Below, one piece after another: positions 1 through 11,643 of a stretch of DNA of 64,000 nt; the first letter of the stretch is position 1; every line of letters starts with the position of its first letter. The stretch covers positions 158,410,001 through 158,474,000 of the forward strand of contig OX597816.1 in assembly GCA_951406725.2 (NCBI GenBank), written 5' to 3'. Position numbers and translations under genes: made by a program. This stretch comes from Octopus vulgaris (lineage: Eukaryota). The notes beneath the pieces are model-generated. The model worked only from the letters and a program-made list of their open reading frames with translations. It had not been told where the DNA came from and ran no database searches.

Positions 1-49
1 GTTTGATGTCAAACCCGGAGGACAAGTTAACGATTATGTGAAAGAATGG
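1..49 (+). CDS. MYDGF: MYDGF orthologue, first visible coding exon (5'-truncated by the window edge): FDVKPGGQVNDYVKEW
   Basis: The frame from nt 2 gives FDVKPGG, matching human MYDGF AFDVRPGG. Phase-0 donor TGG|GTAAAT at 49/50. The start codon and signal peptide lie upstream of the window. Confidence 0.9.
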
Positions 50-239
50 GTAAATAAATAAACACACTTCTATAATTTAACATCGATATTTTTTACTATA
101 TTCGAAAGTCGATCGTTACTCTTAACACGTGTCATGTACATAAGTTTTGTTTTGATTATAAACCATCTGTTTTCATAGCGGTTGCTTTATCTTTAACACG
201 CAGCACATACTTCAACAGCGAGATAACTGCTTTACTGTT

Positions 240-241
<2 letters not shown>

Positions 242-292
<51 letters not shown>

Positions 293-404
293 AGAAATTA
301 AATATAAAATATAAATTACAAAGTGGGACAAGAACGCAAAAACACACAAGGAGACGACACAAAAACACAGACGGGTCACTCGAAGCCTCTAATCTTCAGT
401 CGGG

Positions 405-467
<63 letters not shown>
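242..467. repeat. Two (TA)n microsatellites (242-288, 407-467)
   Basis: Seen directly in the sequence. Confidence 0.95.
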
Positions 468-479
468 GAGTTCGTGATC

Positions 480-619
480 AAATTCCACCGAGGTCGACTT
501 TGCCTACCATCCCTTCGGGGTCGATAAATTAAGTACCAGTTGCGTACTGAGGTTGATCTAATTGACTGGCCCCCCTCCCCAAAATCTTTTCGGGCCTTGT
601 GCCTAGAGTAGAAAAAAAC
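480..619 (+). mobile_element. SINE family B (core GCCTTTCATCCTTTCGGGGTCGATAAATTAAGTACCAG), 5'-truncated
   Basis: Matches many other copies in the window. Perfect 12-bp TSD GAGTTCGTGATC at 468-479 and 620-631. Confidence 0.85.
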
Positions 620-1356
620 GAGTTCGTGATCTGTTGATCTACGCGGAAATGTTACATTGTTATTAACTAAAAATATCTTTCATGGTTAGATTTGGTTATT
701 TCCGTAGCTGAAGATATCTACATTTCACTTCTATTACAGATATATGTAGCTATATATATATATTGGTTAAATCCTAATGTGATAATTTTCAGCTTGTTTT
801 TTTTTTATTAGTTACTTATTTGTTTTGTTATAGACGACATCTCTTCCTTTTCCCAGCCAGCTGGTTGTGGCCTTACTGGGACACACTGAACCATATTTAT
901 ATGCAGAAATATGAAAACCCAAATAGTTCTGGATGTTATTCAATGAAAAGGGCAAATCAGAAACCAAGTTGTGATAGTTCTAATATCCACATTTCATTAT
1001 ATTATCCTAATATCGATTTTTTTTTTTTTACTTTAATAAGCAATCTAACATTATTGATCTTCCCAATTTGTGTCAACGTGACCCAGCTGAGATCCTTACA
1101 TCAGATTTGCGATATATTAACGGGTATATCTTGAATTCCTAATCGTTTTCTCCCCTTTCTCCATTTCACATTTTTGTTCATAATATTTTCATTGCGTTTA
1201 TTTAATTTCATATATTTAATTCAGTGCATGTACCCAACAAAAACAAACTCCAAACCCCCCAGGCGGCGAATTCTCCGAGTTGTTAGATCGTTAGCCAGAA
1301 TGGTTTCGGGGTATTTCTTGTGACCCTCTGCACTTTGAGTTCAAATCCTACCGATT

Positions 1357-1403
<47 letters not shown>

Positions 1404-1543
1404 GTAATAATTATTCGGTTGCCATAATAAGACTCCAAGTTTCGGAGTCTTATCACAGCAACCGAATAATTGTCACTTATTATATTCATCTATTTACATA
1501 ATATAGAGGTCTCATTCATTCTTTTGTTGTCTTACCATTATTA

Positions 1544-1595
<52 letters not shown>

Positions 1596-1599
<4 letters not shown>

Positions 1600-2090
1600 A
1601 TGTGAACAACTTATCTACGCTTCGCGGACAAGATGACAAAAATATTGTCGAGAAGAGCAGCTAACATCCTTGTACTATCCACTCTACCTTTACGAGATTC
1701 TTAGGTGCTACGCCTTCATCCCAATTCAGCGGAGGAGAGATGCCGTTCGGTGGAGTTAGGACACTGGAGGGCTTAACAGGGATCTCTGATAATGACTGGT
1801 ACTTAGTCATCATTCACTCCTCTGCGTTGCGAGCAGGAAGCAACTTAGGTCTATCGGCGAAGCGACAGAGTTGGTGCTGGTGAATAATTCGTAACACATG
1901 GCGGACCAGACGAGCGATTTCCCCCTTTCAAATGAGAAATGGATTACCCATCTGGACGCGTGCTTTCGTCACGATCGAGGCCCGCAGACTCCAGATTTGA
2001 CGGGATATCAGTAGCTCCTTTTAAAGCTATCGTTCAGTGCAGCGCTTGAGGGAGCCGTTCTACACATGAGAATGAATGTGTTATAGTTTG
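1596..2090 (+). mobile_element. Possible LTR (1596-1896) plus PBS and leader fragment
   Basis: GC/CpG-rich block bounded by TGTAATG...CGTAACA (imperfect inverted ends), followed by TGGCGGACC at 1899 (PBS-like). Confidence 0.35.
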
Positions 2091-2104
2091 TTTTGTATAT
2101 ACTT

Positions 2105-2502
2105 TGAATCTTTTCAGTTTGAACGGCAGTTTTACTAGCGGTGTCATATGAAATTGTTACCCATAATTATGACCCTAGTATCGATCTATTGCACTTCAAT
2201 CTGTTTTAGGATTAGGGTTAGGGGTGGGGGAAGGGTATCTTTTTTTCTTCACAAATGTAAATAAACCCAATCTGTTTCTTAAACGAGGGATATATTCATA
2301 CGGTACAGAATGTTTTTTACTTCAATAGACGTCATTGATTGGTTGAAATTGCAGAAATTGAAGAAAAAAACCCAACAAATATCTTATAAAGCCAAGAGAA
2401 AAAGATGTTTTATAAACACATTCTACCAGTATACGAAGTCTAAAAGTGTTTAGTTGCGTGGAAATTATTTTAAAAAACTGCCGTTCAAACCGAAAAGATC
2501 CC
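2105..2502. mobile_element. Non-autonomous TIR element (MITE), ~400 bp
   Basis: ~28-bp inverted ends ATCTTTTCAGTTTGAACGGCAGTTTTT / AAAAACTGCCGTTCAAACCGAAAAGATCCC. A related end occurs near 39160. Confidence 0.75.
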
Positions 2503-2884
2503 AAATTTGCCAATTTTATCAATTTTATGATGTATTGATTTATTGAATATTTATAAAATATTTAAACTGAATGGAATTAAAAAATTATATATATTTGCAA
2601 ATGTGTTGTAAAAGATTTATTTACAACAAATGTCAAGCCGAAATGTCAGATGATTTATTGCTAATGTTTATAAATATTCAGATTCCTCATCTTTCAGGAT
2701 AAGGCATTTTAATATATTTATATCTTCATTATGCTTTTATCTCTGATCGTCATCAGTTTTCTATTCCTGGATATATGTATCGTATCAGACTGGATCTGAA
2801 ATAGAAACCCTTATATTTAGACTAAAATTTAGATATAATTATAGCCTGGCGTCATGTAGGTATTTAGAAACAGACATCTGAAGC

Positions 2885-3212
2885 AACCACATGGTTCTGG
2901 GTTCAGTCCCACTGCTTGATACCTTGAGCAAGTATCTTCTACTATTGCTTCGGGCCGACCAAAGCCTTGTGTGTGGATTTGGTAGACGGAAACTGGAAGA
3001 AGCCCATTGTACATGTGTGTGTGTGTGTTGGTGTCTGTGTTTGTCCCCCACCACTGCTTGACAATTGGTAACTTAGCGGTTCGGCAAAAGTACCCAATAG
3101 AATAAGTTACCAATCTTTAAAAAGTACTGGGGTCGATTCATTCAAGTAATAATTTTTCAAGGCAGTGCCCCAGCATGGCTGCAGTCTAATGACTGAAGGA
3201 AATAAAAGATAA
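2885..3212 (+). mobile_element. SINE family A (tRNA-like head, CORE-like ACCTTGGGCAAG segment, internal microsatellite, TAAAAGA tail)
   Basis: Collinear with the full copies at 41771-42160 and 46455-46865. Confidence 0.8.
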
Positions 3213-3227
3213 AAAATATAAATACTT

Positions 3228-3440
3228 TCTCTTTTACTCTTTTATTTGTTTTAGTCATTTGACTGCGGCCATGCTGGAGCACTGGCTTTAGTCGAGCAAA
3301 TCGACCCCAGGACTTTGTAAGCCTAGTACTTATTCTATTGGTCTCTTTTGCCGAACCGCTAAGTTACGGGGACGTAAACACACCACCATCGGTTGTCAAG
3401 TGATGTTGAGGGGACAAACATATAAACACACATACATATA
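3228..3440 (-). mobile_element. SINE family A, 3' half (host of the RTE LINE insertion)
   Basis: Tail-to-microsatellite part; the head half resumes at ~5715-5870. Confidence 0.8.
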
Positions 3441-5713
3441 TCATCATCATCATCATCGTCGTTTAACGTCCGCTTTCCATACTAGCATGGGTTGGACGAT
3501 TTTGACTGAGGGCTGGCGAACGAGATGGCTGCACCAGGCTCCAATCTTGATCTGGCAGGGTTTCTACAGCTCGATGCCCTTCCTAACGCCAACCACTCTG
3601 AAAGTGTAGTGTGTGCTTTTTACGTACCACTGGCACAGGGGCCAGTCAGACGGTACTGGCAACGACCTCGCTCAAATCTTTCTACACATGCCACCAGCAC
3701 AGGTGCCAGTAAGGCGATGTTGGTAACGATCACGCTCAAATGATGCCCTTTTACGTGCCACCGGCATGGAAGCTAGTTGGCTGCTCTGGCGACGATCACG
3801 CTTGGATGGTGCTCTTGGCACCGTACTAGCACAGGCACAAGTGCCAGTAAGGCAACGCTGGTAACAATCACACTCGAATGGTGCCTTTTATGTGCCACTG
3901 GCACAGAAGCCAGTTAGCTGCTCTGTCAACGATCACGCTCGTATGGTGCTTTTTGCACTCCGCTAGTACGGATGCCAGTCATCGAATGTGATTTTAATTT
4001 CACTTGCTTCAACAGGTCTTTGCAAGCAGAGTTTAGTGTCCAAGGAAGGAAAAGGTATGCATAAGCGGGCTGGTTACACCCCTGGCATAAGCCACAGGTT
4101 ATGGTCTCATTTGGCTTGCCGGGTCTTTGCAAGCACAGCATATTTCCAAAAGTCTCAGTCGCTAGTCATTTCCTCAGTGGGGCCCAATGTTTGAAGGTCG
4201 TGCTTCACCACTTCATCCCAGGTCTTCCTGGGTCTACCTCTTCCACAGGTTCCCTCAACCGCTAGGGTATGGCACTTTTTCACACAGCCATCCTCCTCCA
4301 TTCTTGCCACATGACCATACCAGCGCAGTTGTCTCTCTTGCACACTACATCTGATGCTTCTTAGCTCCAACATTTCTTTCAAGGTACCTACACTCTGTCT
4401 GCACACTGACATTACACATCCATTGGATCATACTGGCTTCATTCCTTGTGGGCTTACACATATCCTCAGCAGTTACGGCCCATGTTTCACTGCCATGTAG
4501 CATAGCTGTTTGTACACAAGCGTCATACAGTCTACCTTTTACTCTGAGCGAGAGACCCTTTGTTGCCAGCAGTGGTAAGAGCTCTCTGAACTTTGCCCAA
4601 GCTATTCTTATTCTAGCAGCTACACTTTCAGTGCATCCACCTCCACTACTGACTTGGTCACCTAGGTAATGGAAGCTATCAACTACTTCTAGTTTTTCTC
4701 CCTGGAATGTAGCGGAAGTTGGTCTCTGCCGTGTTTATTGCTCCCGAGCATCTGCCACATACAAAAGCTATCTTCCCAGTTAACCTTCCTTTGATATGAC
4801 TGCACCTCTTATGTGTCAATACACTGGGTACATCTTATAGAGTTTCTACCTACGCCTCTACTACAGATTGGACAGGGCCATCTACCTGAAGGGATTTGTA
4901 GTTTGCCTGCCTTCCTACATATTAGGACTTTGGTTTTAGCTAGGTTGATTCTAAGGCCCTTCGATTCTAATCCTTGTTTCCACACTTGAAACTTCTCCTC
5001 TAGTTCTGATAGTGACTCAGCAATAAGAGCAAGGTCATCAGCATAGAGGAGCTCCCAGGGGCATCCTGTCTTGAATTCCTCCGTTATTGCCTGGAAGACT
5101 ATGATAATAGGTGGGGGCTGGGGACTGAACCTTGGTGGACCCCTACCTCTACCCTGAATTCTTCAGTGTACTCGTTGCCAACCCTCACCTTACTTACAGC
5201 GTCCCTGTACATGGCTTGCACAGCTCTCACTAACCATTCATCTATCCCTAGTTTCCTCATTGACCACCAGATAAGGGATCGGGGGACCCTGTCAAAGGCT
5301 TTCTCCATGTCAACGAAAGCCAGGTACAGGGGCTTATCCTTGACTAGGTATTTCTCCTGCAGCTGTCTCACCAGAAATATGGCATCAGTGGTGCTTTTTC
5401 CTGGCACGAAACCAAACTGCATCTCATCCAAGCTGACTCTCTCCCTAATCAGTTGGGCTATGACCCTCTCCGTAACCTTCATTACCTGATCCAACAGCTT
5501 GATACCTCTGTAATTATTTGTATCTAAAGTGTCACCTTTACCTTTGTAGCAGTTGACTATTATGCTGCCACACCAATAATTGGGTATGACTCCTTCGTGT
5601 ATCACCTGGTTAACTATACGGGTGACTAGGCTATAGCCAACACTGCCAGATATTTTGAGCATCTCTGCAGCAATTCCTGATGGGCCTGGAGCTTTCCCTG
5701 TCTTCATGCTTCT
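3441..5713 (-). mobile_element. RTE-clade LINE, 5'-truncated, disrupted reverse transcriptase plus 3'UTR and (GAT)n tail
   Basis: ORF 5099-5782 carries NYRGIKLL, QFGFVPGKSTTDAIF, AFVDMEKAFDRV and GVHQGS. ELLYADDLALIAE lies near 5020-5055 after a frameshift. LRWYGHVARM/GRPRKTW lies at 4155-4412. (CAT)n on + at 3441-3456. Confidence 0.93.
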
Positions 5714-5714
5714 A

Positions 5715-5870
5715 ATATATATATATATACATACATATATATGACGGGCTTCTTTCAGTTTCTGTCTACCAAATCCACTCACAAGGCTTTGGTTGGCCAG
5801 AGGCTATAGTAGAAGACACTTGTCCAAGGTGCCATGCAGTGGGACTGAACCCGGAGCCATGTGGTTGGTA
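5715..5870 (-). mobile_element. SINE family A, 5' half
   Basis: Continues the SINE interrupted at 3440. Confidence 0.8.
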
Positions 5871-6166
5871 CTTAAAAACGTTGAGGTTAATAAGACCCCA
5901 AAACTATAATTATACAGAGATGACCCAAAGTCACCTGACAGTAAATAAAAACCATTTAATTCCAAGATTAAAAAAAATTATTTTATTTGCCACTTAGCTA
6001 ATAAATAGACAAATGTTGCAAAAAGAAAAAAAACGATGATTTTAACTCATAGCATTCAATTATTAAACATTCATAATTGGAATGAATAAATGAAATGGAA
6101 TATTAAGTAATTATCAAATTTTGATTTATTGTGGGTGACTTTTGGCCAACCCTATATATAATAATT

Positions 6167-6575
6167 CGTCATCATCAATTAATGTCTGTTGTCCATCTGG
6201 CATGGGTTAACAGTTTGACTGGGCTGGCATGCTGGAAGGCTGCACCAGGCTCCAGTCTGATTTGGCATGGTTTTCTACAGCTGGATGCCCTTCCTAACAC
6301 CAACCACTGTGTAATGGGTGCTTTTACTTGCCACCGGCCTGGGTGCTATTTGCGCGGTACCGGTATCTGCCATGACTGTGATTTTGCTTGGCTTGATGGG
6401 TCTTCTCAAGCACAACATAATGCCAAAGGTCTTGGTCATTGTCTCTGTGAGGCCCAACACTTGAAAGGAACTCGGCCACTTTGCCCCCATGAGACCCAAC
6501 ACTCAGCCACTTTACCCCCATCAGTCCCAATACTTGAAAGGAACTCAGCCACTTTGCCTCCACGAGGCTCAAAGC
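6167..6575 (-). mobile_element. RTE LINE 3'UTR fragment with short internal tandem repeats
   Basis: Homologous to 3441-4150 (TTTCTACAGCTGGATGCCCTTCCTAAC motif). Repeats of CTTGAAAGGAACTC(A/G)GCCACTTT. Confidence 0.7.
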
Positions 6576-6787
6576 TTGAAATTTTTGTGGAGGAGACTGG
6601 TCAGTTACTTCAACACCAATGCTTGACTGGTATTAATTTCATTGACCCCCCAAAAGGATGAAAAGCAGAATTTGAAGCCAGAAGAAGTGCTGTTAAGCAC
6701 CTTGTCCAGTATGGTAAAGATTCCAGCCTGCTTGTCACCTTATATAAGCCTAATCAATCAATGAGTATTCATGTAATTTTTAATAAT

Positions 6788-6930
6788 GAAAGCATGTGGC
6801 TGAGTGGTTAGGGTGTTTAGCTCATAATCATAAGGTTATGAGTTCAATTTCTGGACTGAGCAGTACATTGTATTCACGGGTATAGCATGCCATTTCATGT
6901 TGTTTCAGTCTACTTAGGTGAAAATGATTA
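6788..6930 (+). mobile_element. SINE family C, degenerate head
   Basis: A-box TGGCTGAGTGG and B-box-like AGTTCAATT; similar to 37738-38072. Confidence 0.6.
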
Positions 6931-7132
6931 TTGTCCAAGTGCTAGAGCAGCCTCTTCTCCCTCCTGCTGTCACATCTTCAATGTTTCACCGGGTTAAGAA
7001 AGTGGAGGGCTGAGTTGGTGTCTATATTTTCTCCCAACTGCAGAGGCTCCTTAAATAATTATGGAAGCATGGTACAGGCTACCATGTCATATTCACTTGT
7101 GAGTGATGGTTAAACTGATGTTCTTTCTTTTT

Positions 7133-7541
7133 CTTTTATTCTTTTACTTGTTTCAGTCATTTGACTGCGGCCATGCTGGAGCACCGCCTTTAGTCGAGCA
7201 AATCGACCCCGGGATTTTTCTTTGTAAGCCCAGTACTTATTCTATCGGTCTCTTTTGCCGAACCGCTAAGTGACGGGGTCATAAACATACCAGCATCGGT
7301 TGTCAAGCAATGCTAGGGTGACAAACACAGACACACAAACACACACACACACACATATATATATATACATATATACGACAGGCTTCTTTCAGTTTCCATC
7401 TACCAAATCCACTCACAAGGCATTGGTCGGCCCGGGGCTATAGCAGAAGACATTTGCCTAAGATGCCACACAGTGGGACTGAACCCGGAACCATGTGGTT
7501 GGTTAGCAAGCTACTTACCACACAGCCACTCCTGCACCTAT
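7133..7541 (-). mobile_element. SINE family A, full length
   Basis: Complete match to the other family A copies. Confidence 0.88.
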
Positions 7542-7623
7542 ATGTTCTTTAGATTTCAACAATATAGTTAGCTGCATTGTAGTTTTTGTACATGACTGTA
7601 GTGTTTCACTAATAAACTATATT

Positions 7624-8268
7624 CTTTTCTACTCTAGGCACAAGGCCTAAAATTTTTGGGGAGGGGGCCAGTCGATTAGATCAACCCCAGTATGCAACTG
7701 GTACTTGATTTATCGACCCCCGAAAGGATGAAAGGCAAAGTTGACTTTGGCAGAATTTGAACTCAGAACATAAAGACAGACAAAATACTGCCAAGCATTT
7801 TGCCCTGCATGCTAACGTTTCTGCCGGCTTACCACCTTTGCCCTGACTTAAATATTCTTTTCTACTCTAGGCACAAGGCCCCAAAAGTTTTGGGTAGGGG
7901 CCCAGTTGATTAGATCAACTCCAGTACACGACTGGTACTTAATTTAACGACCCCAAAAGGATGAAAGGCAAAGTTGACCTCGGCGGAATTTGAATTCAGA
8001 ATGTAAAGACAGATGAAATACTGCTAACATATCTGTCAGCTCGTTGCCTTAAAATAGTTATATTCTTTTCTACTCTAGGAACAAGGCTCGAAATTTTTGA
8101 GGAGGGGGTGGCCAGTCAATTAGATCAACCACAGTATGCAACTGGTACTTAATTTATCGACCCCCAAAAGGATGAAAGCCAAAGTCAGCCTCAGCGGAAT
8201 TTGAACTCAGAACGTAAAGACAGAAGGAATACCGCTAAACATTTTGCCCAGCATGCTAATGTTTCTGC
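7624..8268 (-). mobile_element. Head-to-tail trimer of SINE family B (subfamily B1)
   Basis: Three ~210-230 bp copies. The whole trimer is flanked by a ~22-bp direct repeat TGTTT(C/T)ACTAATAAACTATATT (7602-7623, 8269-8290). Confidence 0.85.
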
Positions 8269-8698
8269 TGTTTTACTAATAAACTATATTGTTGATGATG
8301 AGTGTTATTGGTGTTTAACCTCACAACAGCATTGATTGAGATGCATGTCCAAAGGCATTCCAGTTTTGACCAATTTGGTATTTTATTTTTATTTTTATTT
8401 ATTTTTTTTGTTATAATGTGCCATGGTCTACACTATCCAGTGTGTCTTTCCTATTTTAGAACAGTTTGTGTGAGTTGAGGAAGATTTGGCTGCTATTTCT
8501 AGCAGTTCATACAATCCCGTTGAGTAGTCATGGGCAATCTGCAGCCTACAGAATATTCTGAATGGCACACATAAACTAAAAATTACCTTGAATTCTTTAG
8601 TAATGCTGCCCACCTGGTAATGAGCCATGTCTCATGTGGCCTGTTTCTCACAAAAGGTGCCCATACCTGTTGTAGAGGCTCCTACAGTTACATATAAT

Positions 8699-8900
8699 CC
8701 TTTCTACTATAGGCCCAAATCCTGAATTTTGGGGGAGGGGGCCAGTCGTTTAGATCGACTCCAGTATGCAACAGGTACTTAATTTATCGACTCCAAAAGG
8801 ACGAAAGGCAAAGTCGACCTCAGTGGAATTTGAACCCAGAACGTAGTGATGGTCGAAATACAGCTAAGCATTTCGCCCAGTGTGCTAATGATTCTGCCAC
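8699..8900 (-). mobile_element. SINE family B1 monomer
   Basis: Family core present. Imperfect TSD CTACAGTTACATATAAT / CTACAGTTCCATTTAAT. Confidence 0.8.
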
Positions 8901-9023
8901 CTACAGTTCCATTTAATGTCGTGACATTGTAGTTATGTATTCAGGTGTTTTACATTAACTTTTTACATTACAGTTCTTTCAATTTCTATTTTTGATTTCG
9001 AAATCTTTTCTTTTCCTTTGCAG

Positions 9024-9074
9024 AAAGGCTTTCAGTGTAAATTTACGTATGTATGTCAAGGAGGAACCAAAGAG
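9024..9074 (+). CDS. MYDGF: MYDGF exon: KGFQCKFTYVCQGGTKE
   Basis: Polypyrimidine tract plus TTTGCAG acceptor and GTATGT donor; 51 nt, phase 0-0. Matches human DKYTCMFTYASQGGTNE. Confidence 0.95.
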
Positions 9075-9142
9075 GTATGTTTCTAATATTTTAGATTTAA
9101 ATTTCAAATGAAGATTTTTATAAAGTTTATAAGCTGAAGATG

Positions 9143-9348
9143 TGTGAAGGTAAATGGCTTAGTGGTTAGGGTCTTCAGCTCATGATTGTAAGGTTGTGAG
9201 TTCAATTCCTAGTGATGCATTGTGTCCTTGAGCAAGACGCTTTATTTTCTGTTGCTCCAGTTCACTCAGCTGGCAAAAATTCTGTGTCATGCTGAATCTC
9301 TCTGAGAACTGTGTTAAAGGTATGTGTGTCTGTGAAGTACTCAGCTCT
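9143..9348 (+). mobile_element. SINE family C, partial
   Basis: TGGCTTAGTGG A-box and CCTTGAGCAAG...GTTGCTCCAGTTCACTCAGCTG core. Confidence 0.7.
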
Positions 9349-9832
9349 TCTCTTAGGCCTCCGTTGGTCATGGCTGACCATGGATGATGTCGTTCATCCG
9401 TTGAGTTGTCTATTCAGTTTTTGCAATGCCTCCTATGGCTGTAGAGACCGATGCGAGAGTGGCAGTCTCGTTTGCAGCGGTCATACCTATACGTTGAATC
9501 TGGTCTGTTGGCTGTCATTTTTTTTCTGCAGGCTCGGTTTTCAGCTGCCACCACCCACTAATTCTCTTTGCCAGTCTGCAGTTGTTTGTGAAGAGTGCCT
9601 CTCCAGCTGGTTCGGTTGGCTGCGAGATTCTCCCAAGAATTAGTGTTGATGCCAAGTGCCTTCATATCCCTCCTGCACACATCCCTGTACCTCAGCTTCG
9701 GGTGGCCAATTTTTCTCCGCCCTGCGACAAGCTCGCCGAAGAGGATATCCTTTGGGATCCGACCATCTTCCATACGGCGAACATGGCCAAACCAGTGCAG
9801 CTGACGTTGTCTTAGCATGGTGAGCATGCTCA
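9349..9832 (-). mobile_element. RTE (BovB-like) LINE 3' fragment
   Basis: ORF 9558-9833: RQLHWFGHVRRMEDGRIPKDILFGEL...HPKLRYRDVCRRDMK. Confidence 0.85.
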
Positions 9833-9844
9833 CCTTACTCAGCT

Positions 9845-10040
9845 ACTGGAGCCCTCATGAAGTGTCGATCACTGAAAGTGGATGATACCTGTGGAAGAGG
9901 ATGACCCGAGGAGACATGGGATGAAGTGGTAAGGACTGATCTCAGAAAGTTGGGCCTCATGGAGGAAATGACAATGGACTGAAATGTCTGGCGATATGAA
10001 GTTCTTGAGAAGACCCTTCCACGTGAGCGAAAATGAGTTC
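9845..10040 (+). mobile_element. RTE LINE C-terminal fragment in the opposite orientation
   Basis: Encodes TCGRG*PEETWDEVVRTDLRKLGL, homologous to 4155-4260. Confidence 0.7.
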
Positions 10041-11117
10041 TAGAAGTGCTGTGTGTCCCACCTACACTTGACAAGAAAACTTCTCACACACTCTACCACA
10101 ACAAACCAAACTATGTCTTTGCATCTCTTCTCTTCCTCACATTTCCACTTCATGTACTATAATTACCTCCCACTTCCCAATCCTGTCCTCTTGGCCCTGT
10201 GCCACTGTATCATTGTTCTCCGCTAGCCCCCAACCTGTGTGTTCTATCCACATGTCCTGTCTCACTCTATTATTGCTATCTGCTAGCCCCCAACCTCAGT
10301 CAGCCTGGGGCTATAGCAGAAGACACTTGCCCAAAGTGCACGCAGTGGGACTGAACCTGAAACCATGTAACTTGGAAGCAAGCTTCCTAACCACACAGCC
10401 ATGCCCGTGCCTACTAAAATGTATGTACATAAGCGCAGCGCTATTCATGTGGTGAGCTTTCTACAGCTGGATGCCCCTCCTGACGCCATATATTTGGTGA
10501 GTTGTAATGAGATTGTGGTCACATGACCTGATAGATATAGAGACAGTTACAGTTTGTTATAGATTTTAGTTTGGAGGTGTGAAAGAGGTGTTTCTCAATG
10601 GTGTTCAGGGTATCTCAATGTCAATCTGAGATACATATAGGGGATGAGGCAAGTTGGAGAAGAGAGTTGATAGCAAAAAAATTTAGTTTCTGAGCTGGTA
10701 GTATTGATATGAGATGAGTGAGAGAGGGGTTATTATATTAAAAGGAATTTTCAGGATAAAAAGAGAATATTTACTAATAGTAGAGTTAAATATATTATAA
10801 AAGCTAATTTCATGACCTGCACGTGCACATACATAACACACACACACACTCGTGCAGTTGTGTGTAAGTTATGCAGGGACACGGACACACACACAGGTAT
10901 GCACACACATCTTCATTAATATAAGCCTCACAGTGAAAGTAGGCCCCATGGTTAATTCACAGGGTTTGTTTTTACACTGAGTTGAAATATGTATCTTTAT
11001 GAAACATATTTACGTGACTCGTCAAGCATAATTTATTCATAGCCCAAACTGTATTAGTACTCTAGCTTATTACCAGGAAAAGTTGGTTCCAAGATAATAG
11101 CCATATGTAATAATATA

Positions 11118-11570
11118 ATAATAATAATAATAATGAAATTATTGTATACAGTACTCAGGTGCACCACAACTTGTCAAAAGTGCGTATAAAGCATATGCAG
11201 TAATGTACAAATGTCTGGGAAGTGAATAGTGTATGAGTCAGATACATGCTTGCGTGTGTATAGAGGGGAGAAAATCAGGTATAGTGTTGGCGAATCTCAG
11301 GAAGCATGGAAGTTTTGAAGGATGCAGTGCTCCAACAACTAACAACTGATGCCGGCAATTTGTTCCATACTTCAGCAACTCTTAGCGTGAAAAAATGTTT
11401 CCGAAAGTCATGGAGCTGTGCTGTTTTCTGACTTTGTAAACATGTCTATGGGTGTTAGATAGGTGGAGTTTGAAAAGGTGCTCAGAGTTATTGTTAGTAA
11501 GATGGTTAATAATTTTGCGGGTGTCTGCAAGTCAGCTGCCAGACATCGGAGTTTCAATGTATCCATGCCC
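11118..11570 (-). mobile_element. CR1/L2-type LINE 3' end
   Basis: Reverse-complement homologue of 35480-35917, with (AAT)n tail. Confidence 0.85.
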
Positions 11571-11643
11571 ATGTATTTGTATCGTAAATTAATTTGCAAA
11601 ATCGTTGAGTCGTTTATATTCCAATGCTATCTCTTTGTTTCAG

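Noticed and set aside
2206-2223. Interstitial telomere (TTAGGG)
   Set aside because: Only two to three units, located inside a TIR element.
5099-5782. Functional reverse transcriptase gene
   Set aside because: The ORF start derives from SINE and microsatellite sequence, it frameshifts before YADD, and there is no endonuclease domain.
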